From an uncultured virus (IMG/VR IMGVR_UViG_3300042887_005170) (taxonomy: Duplodnaviria > Heunggongvirae > Uroviricota > Caudoviricetes): 20,000 nucleotides of DNA. The notes under the pieces were generated by a model, which had not been told where the DNA came from, did not search any database, and saw only the letters and a list, made by a program, of their open reading frames with translations. The stretch lies in the IMG/VR virus record IMGVR_UViG_3300042887_005170, one strand, 5' to 3'. The translations under genes were made by a program, and so were the position numbers. Of the stretch, positions 15,205-20,000 are shown piece by piece. The stretch's first letter is position 1. Every line of letters starts with the position of its first letter.

Positions 15205-17304
15205 ATGCGCAAGAAGATCTACGTATCGGCCTCGCAAATTGATAACTACCGCAACTGCCCGCGCCGTTGGTGGTTTAAGTCTGTTAAGAAGATTTCTGAG
15301 TCGCAGACCGAGGCTCAGCTTTTTGGAGACAGGTTTGCTAAAGCCATCGAGGCCCGTCTTAAGGGTCAGATGATTCCTAAGTTCGATGAACTTGCAGACA
15401 CCGTCATCGACAGGTTCCTTAACTCGGCCGATAATTTTTTCCCAGCTCAGGCTGACCCAAACATCCACGCTGAGCGCAAGATTGAGTTCGATATCCCAGA
15501 CCTTCCCGCCAGGATGGTTGGCTACATCGACGTTTTGGACCTCACGGGCGAGTCGGCCCACATTCGGGACCACAAGACTCGCTCGGATAAGAGGTACGCA
15601 CCAACGCACGAAAAGCTTGTAAGCGATTTACAGCTAAACATCTATGGATACGCGATTCGCCTCGACCTCCCCGAGGCGCGGCTACTTGAGCCGACCATCG
15701 GGCACATTAACTACATCAAGCCCCCCAAGCAGTTCGCTAAGAACATTGAGTACTTACGTGAAGAGTGGCAGCCCGAGGTCTTCGTCCGTCAGATTCCTCT
15801 TGACGCTAAGAAGAACGACGCTATTATGGCCGACACCATGCCTTACATCGAGGGCATGGTTCGATACAGCGATAGTCTCCTTACCCCCGAGAGCGTGCCA
15901 TTCGATGAGTCCGGCGAAGCTTGCTTCAGTTACGGACAGCCCTGCGCCTACTCCGCGATTTGCCCCAAGTTCAATCTTACCCCGCGGCTAATTACGCGGG
16001 ACTCGTCACCAGAGTACTCAACGAATCAATCTACGAGGTCTGATATGTCTATGAAGTCTTTACCGCCCCGCCCCCCTCAACGCCCCGGCACCGCGTCTGC
16101 GCCACCGGCACCGGCACCGGCACCGGCACCGGCACCGGCACCGGCACCCCCTAGCGCATCTCCCGCAAACTTGCCGCCGCGCCCGCCTTCTAGTCTGAAC
16201 ATGAATGGCGCAACTTTCGGAAACGCAGCTCCGAAGCCGCCAACCCCTCCTTCGGCCCCTCAGACCCCACAGGCTTCTCAGCCTCCTAAGCCGTCTAATC
16301 TTCCTCCGCGTCCCTCTGCGCCGCCGGCCGCTAAGCCGCCCGCTAGTTTGAGCATGGGAGCCCCGGAGGCCGCAGAAGTCGCGCCCATTTCTCTAGATGA
16401 CGATGAGGACGGAGGCATTAACCCGCCTTCTATGGCCGGCCTTGTGCAGCCCCTGGAGAAGACAACTACTACGGCTTCTCCGGCTATCCCGCTCGCCGCT
16501 ATCCCTAATCTGTCTCAGCGCGCCAGAGTCTGGCTTGAGTCGAAGGGCTTTGAGGACAGCATTCAGGTAGCCCACCTTACTGAGCCCTATCTGATGGGAG
16601 GCAAGCCCACTAAGGCTCTCATGGGCGACCTGCTTAAGATGGCGCTTATCCTTCGCGGCTTGCACAGGATTACTGAGCCAACTCCGTTTGAGAATTGTCC
16701 AGAGATTATGGGTAAGCCCGAGAAGGTAGCCAGTAAAGCAGAGATGATGTCTGACTTGCCGGACCTGCCCGGCACCCCCCCGCTCTCCGATATGCCCGCA
16801 GGTTCGACTTCCCCTAAGGGCTTTGTTCCTAAGTCACCTTACTCGTTAAGCGCGCCCGCCGATGAGCCCGTCATGCCCATCGACCCTTCGCAGCATGACC
16901 CGCAGTTTGCCGACCCAGACGAGGAATACCAGGAGCCTATCACTGAGCGCATTGCAGCTCTGCAGAGCGTGAATATCCCTGTCACTGCGGCGGGCAATGA
17001 TGAGCCCTTTTACCTCTATCTTGAGTGTTTCCCCATCAAGGGAGCCAACTTTGTAACCCTCGAGCAGTGGCTGGACCCTATTTTCGGCGAGATTGAGGCC
17101 GAGGCCGGAGTTACAAACTGGCGCAGCATCGTGGAATTTGGGCGCATGAATGAGATGCTCCACATCGCGGTTAGAGAGATTATTAAGGGTAAGACTCAGT
17201 ACTCTCTTCCGCGGCATCTAGTGGTTCTTTCGTCCTACACGGAATACGCAAAGGCTATCCTGGACCTCCTTATCCGCCGCGCCACCCTTGTAGTTAAGAA
17301 GTAG
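15205..17304 (+). CDS. Cas4/RecB-like PD-(D/E)XK exonuclease with Fe-S Cys motif and long Pro-rich multidomain C-terminus
   Basis: RBS AGGA. SASQIDNYRNCPRRWW, GYIDV, IRDHKT, QLNIY and CFSYGQPCAYSAIC give the 1+3 Cys arrangement. About 440 aa follow the nuclease domain. Confidence 0.88.
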   Translation: MRKKIYVSASQIDNYRNCPRRWWFKSVKKISESQTEAQLFGDRFAKAIEARLKGQMIPKFDELADTVIDRFLNSADNFFPAQADPNIHAERKIEFDIPDLPARMVGYIDVLDLTGESAHIRDHKTRSDKRYAPTHEKLVSDLQLNIYGYAIRLDLPEARLLEPTIGHINYIKPPKQFAKNIEYLREEWQPEVFVRQIPLDAKKNDAIMADTMPYIEGMVRYSDSLLTPESVPFDESGEACFSYGQPCAYSAICPKFNLTPRLITRDSSPEYSTNQSTRSDMSMKSLPPRPPQRPGTASAPPAPAPAPAPAPAPAPPSASPANLPPRPPSSLNMNGATFGNAAPKPPTPPSAPQTPQASQPPKPSNLPPRPSAPPAAKPPASLSMGAPEAAEVAPISLDDDEDGGINPPSMAGLVQPLEKTTTTASPAIPLAAIPNLSQRARVWLESKGFEDSIQVAHLTEPYLMGGKPTKALMGDLLKMALILRGLHRITEPTPFENCPEIMGKPEKVASKAEMMSDLPDLPGTPPLSDMPAGSTSPKGFVPKSPYSLSAPADEPVMPIDPSQHDPQFADPDEEYQEPITERIAALQSVNIPVTAAGNDEPFYLYLECFPIKGANFVTLEQWLDPIFGEIEAEAGVTNWRSIVEFGRMNEMLHIAVREIIKGKTQYSLPRHLVVLSSYTEYAKAILDLLIRRATLVVKK
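16103..16148 (+). repeat. (CACCGG)7 tandem repeat encoding a (Pro-Ala)n linker
   Basis: Seven perfect hexamers plus CACC. Confidence 0.9.
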
Positions 17305-17307
17305 ACC

Positions 17308-18963
17308 ATGTCCCAACCTACCGACATTGATAGAATCCTCCGAATCCCAGTCAGCAAGACGGCGCCTGACCTCACGGACCAGTTCCGCCGCCCGAATGGT
17401 CGTATGCGTCTGCGTGATGCGCAGAATCAGGCAATTCACGACGCATCTGCGGCAAAGGGCGGAGTTTATCCTATCGGCGTAGGCTGGGGTAAGACCCTTA
17501 TTTCGCAGCTAGTCGGAGTCGGCATGAAGGCTAAGCGCCCTCTCGTTCTTCTTCCCGCACCCTGCGAGGCGCAGTTCTGGCGCGATTATCAGGAATACGG
17601 GAAGCACTTCATGGTACATCCCAATATCCAGGTACTGACCTACAGCAAGCTCCAGGTTGTATCCGGCAAGGATGCCCTTAAGACTATTCAGCCTGACCTG
17701 ATTATTGCAGACGAGGCGCACAACCTCCGAAACATGCGCTCCGCCCGTTGTCAGCGTGTTCACCGCTACCTCAAGTCGCAGCACGAAGCCGGTAACCCCG
17801 TCATGTTTGTCTGTCTCTCAGGCACACTGACCTCTAAGAGCGTCAACGATTACGCTCACCTCACTCGCTGGGCCCTTAGAAGTAATGCGCCTGTGCCGAA
17901 GGACCCGAACGAGGCGCTCGCCTGGTCTATGGTAATCGACTCAGGAACTAATCCTAAGCCCGAGGAGATTAACCACCTGGCCCCGCTTATCCGAGCCTAC
18001 TACCCTAACCAGAAGCCCACTCAGGAGCTCGCTAGACAGGCTTTCGCCGAGCGCTTTACTTCTACTCTCGGCGTAGTCGCCACCCGTGACTCTTCAGCTA
18101 TCGGATGCTCTCTAATCGTCCAGGAGCGCAAGGTTGTCGCTCCTCCGATTATTGTAAACGCCCTTAATCACGTGAGCGCAACCTGGTCTTTGCCGTCTGG
18201 CGAGCAGGAATTCAGCGACCAGATGAGTATGATTGGAGCTAGCAAGCAGATTGCTCAGGGGTTTTACTATCGATGGGATTGGGGCCAGGGACGCCCTGAT
18301 TCGGGCGATAAAGAGTGGATGGAGATGCGGAAGAAGTGGGCCCGCGCCGTGCGAGAGCAGGTGAAAAGAGAGATAGAAGGGCTTGACAGCGAGCTATTAA
18401 TCACTAATGCTTGTAGATGGTCAATCCGACACGACAAGCTCTACCCCGGCCTGCTACCAATGGTCGCAATGGCATGGAAAATCTGGGAACCTTTTCACAA
18501 AATTAAGCCACCCCCGACTGTGGCTGTTTGGATGGACGATTTTCTTATTCAGGACGCCATTAAGTGGGCCAAGGAACAGACCGAGCCCGTCATTATCTGG
18601 TACGGCGACACCGCAGTCGGAGCCAGACTCTCAGAGCTAGGAATCCCCACATACGGCCAAGGCAGCGAAATGCCGCGGGTCGCTATCACATGCGCAGCTT
18701 CATACAACGTACACGGAACAGGAAAGAACCTTCAGGCATGGCGCAACCAAATCCTTCTTGACCCTCCCGCCTCTGGCCAAGCATGGGAGCAGTTATTGGG
18801 ACGCACGCACAGGCAGGGCCAGACAGCCGACGAGGTCTATTTCCATTACTACGCACACACAAAGGAGTTCTTGAAGGCCATCGAATCAGCGAAAACTAGT
18901 GCTCGATACATCGAATCTACGACAAACATGCCACAACGACTCATCTACGCAACCTGGGCTTAG
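17308..18963 (+). CDS. Superfamily 2 DEAH helicase
   Basis: LRDAQ (Q motif), GVGWGKT, IIADEAH, LSGT, GTGKNL, QLLGRTHRQGQ. Confidence 0.92.
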   Translation: MSQPTDIDRILRIPVSKTAPDLTDQFRRPNGRMRLRDAQNQAIHDASAAKGGVYPIGVGWGKTLISQLVGVGMKAKRPLVLLPAPCEAQFWRDYQEYGKHFMVHPNIQVLTYSKLQVVSGKDALKTIQPDLIIADEAHNLRNMRSARCQRVHRYLKSQHEAGNPVMFVCLSGTLTSKSVNDYAHLTRWALRSNAPVPKDPNEALAWSMVIDSGTNPKPEEINHLAPLIRAYYPNQKPTQELARQAFAERFTSTLGVVATRDSSAIGCSLIVQERKVVAPPIIVNALNHVSATWSLPSGEQEFSDQMSMIGASKQIAQGFYYRWDWGQGRPDSGDKEWMEMRKKWARAVREQVKREIEGLDSELLITNACRWSIRHDKLYPGLLPMVAMAWKIWEPFHKIKPPPTVAVWMDDFLIQDAIKWAKEQTEPVIIWYGDTAVGARLSELGIPTYGQGSEMPRVAITCAASYNVHGTGKNLQAWRNQILLDPPASGQAWEQLLGRTHRQGQTADEVYFHYYAHTKEFLKAIESAKTSARYIESTTNMPQRLIYATWA

Positions 18964-19000
18964 TCGACCCAAAACCAATCTACGAACAAGGAATAAAGCC

Positions 19001-19480
19001 ATGGGCATCTTTTCAGGCATCGAAAGCGCATCTTACTTCTCCAAGGGCAAGAACATCCCGGTCGGCACTCACGTGCTCACGGGAAAGAAAATCACCGTGC
19101 AGGTCTCGCAGAAGAACCGCGCCGTGAGCAACTTCATCATGGAGTTCGAGGTTGAGTCCTCGGACAGCCCTGAGCTCGCCCCCGGAGACATTGTCTCTGT
19201 TGTTTACTCCTCTGCTAAGCAGACCTTCCTCGGCAACGTAAAGTACGCCGTGGCCAACTACATGCTCGCTTGCGAGCGCTCTGAGAACCCTTCTATCTCC
19301 CTCAAGGAGGTCGACCGCAAGGTCGATGAGGACTACCTCAACGCCATCACTGAGGGCGATGGAACGTCCTACGCCGGCTACCGCATCAAGTGCGCGGGCG
19401 TCGAGACGACGATTAAGACTGGCCCCAACGCAGGCCAGCCCTTCATCCGTCACGACTGGTTCCAGGTCGAGGAGCGCTAA
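19001..19480 (+). CDS. Probable single-stranded DNA-binding protein (by synteny)
   Basis: AAGGA RBS before ATG 19001, strongly C-ending codons, beta-rich, lies between helicase and polymerase. Function is inferred. Confidence 0.6.
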   Translation: MGIFSGIESASYFSKGKNIPVGTHVLTGKKITVQVSQKNRAVSNFIMEFEVESSDSPELAPGDIVSVVYSSAKQTFLGNVKYAVANYMLACERSENPSISLKEVDRKVDEDYLNAITEGDGTSYAGYRIKCAGVETTIKTGPNAGQPFIRHDWFQVEER

Positions 19481-19482
19481 TA

Positions 19483-20000
19483 ATGCAGCCCGTCGCCATT
19501 GACCTCGAGACTCGACTCTTTGGCGCGGGCAACCTCGCCCCCAAGCCAATCGTTATGTCTATTACTGATTCGTCAGGAAACAGACTCACTAAGGATTGGC
19601 GGGGCGAGGCTTATCGCATTCTCTCTAGGAGAGATGTCATCTTAGTCGGACACAATATCGCGTACGACCTCGGATGCATCTACCAACACGCCCCAGAGAC
19701 TAGAAGGCTTATCTGGGAAGCGTATGATGCCGGGCGGGTTTCTGACACAGGAATCCGCGACCGAATCATTCTCCTTGCGAAGGGTCGCCGCACGTTCGAC
19801 GACATTCTCAGGGTTAGGCCCACTTTTTCGTTGGCGGAGGCTGTTAAGCGCAACCTGCCGCCAGGAGAGATCAATAATTATAAGTGGTGGTTTGAGAGTA
19901 AAGATGACCCGGACAGCTATCGTACACGCTATTCGGAGCTTGAGAATGTAGACCTCGAAAGCTGGCCAGAAGCCGCGACTAAGTACGCTCTGGCGGACTC
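19483..20000 (+). CDS. DNA polymerase (probably family A), N-terminal 3'-5' exonuclease domain, 3'-truncated
   Basis: Not in the ORF track because it runs off the window. MQPVAIDLET (ExoI), LVGHNIAYD (ExoII), KYALAD (ExoIII). Confidence 0.88.
   Translation, partial: MQPVAIDLETRLFGAGNLAPKPIVMSITDSSGNRLTKDWRGEAYRILSRRDVILVGHNIAYDLGCIYQHAPETRRLIWEAYDAGRVSDTGIRDRIILLAKGRRTFDDILRVRPTFSLAEAVKRNLPPGEINNYKWWFESKDDPDSYRTRYSELENVDLESWPEAATKYALAD

Noticed and set aside
15205..16000. CRISPR-Cas locus suggested by the Cas4-like gene
   Set aside because: There is no array or other cas gene. Solo Cas4-like nucleases are common in phage replication modules.

Overview
Gene-dense fragment of a dsDNA bacterial virus (or prophage-like element), read in the standard genetic code. 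Left arm (1-11155, + strand): a truncated cREC-type receiver domain and a protease-less LexA-type wHTH protein come first. A probable structural module follows, built largely from tandem paralogs: a pair of helical proteins with Gly/Pro-rich inserts, six copies of an unrecognised 218-289 aa Ala/Gly/Thr/Val-rich protein with conserved ends and a variable centre, and a pair of Cys-rich tail-anchored membrane proteins. The arm ends with small membrane proteins, an extremely acidic protein and a NUDIX hydrolase. Middle (11139-15089, - strand): an AEP primase/SF3 helicase and a three-gene envelope cassette (lipoprotein, helical protein, membrane-anchored PEGA-like protein). Right arm (15205-20000, + strand): a Cas4-like PD-(D/E)XK nuclease with a long C-terminal extension, an SF2 helicase, a probable SSB and the 3'-5' exonuclease domain of a probable family A DNA polymerase. 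I recognise no terminase, portal, HK97 capsid, integrase, tRNA or CRISPR array. The most notable feature is the six-gene paralog array, with patchwork DNA identity between copies and one member that looks dominantly expressed. All family assignments are by eye from motifs; no searches were run.
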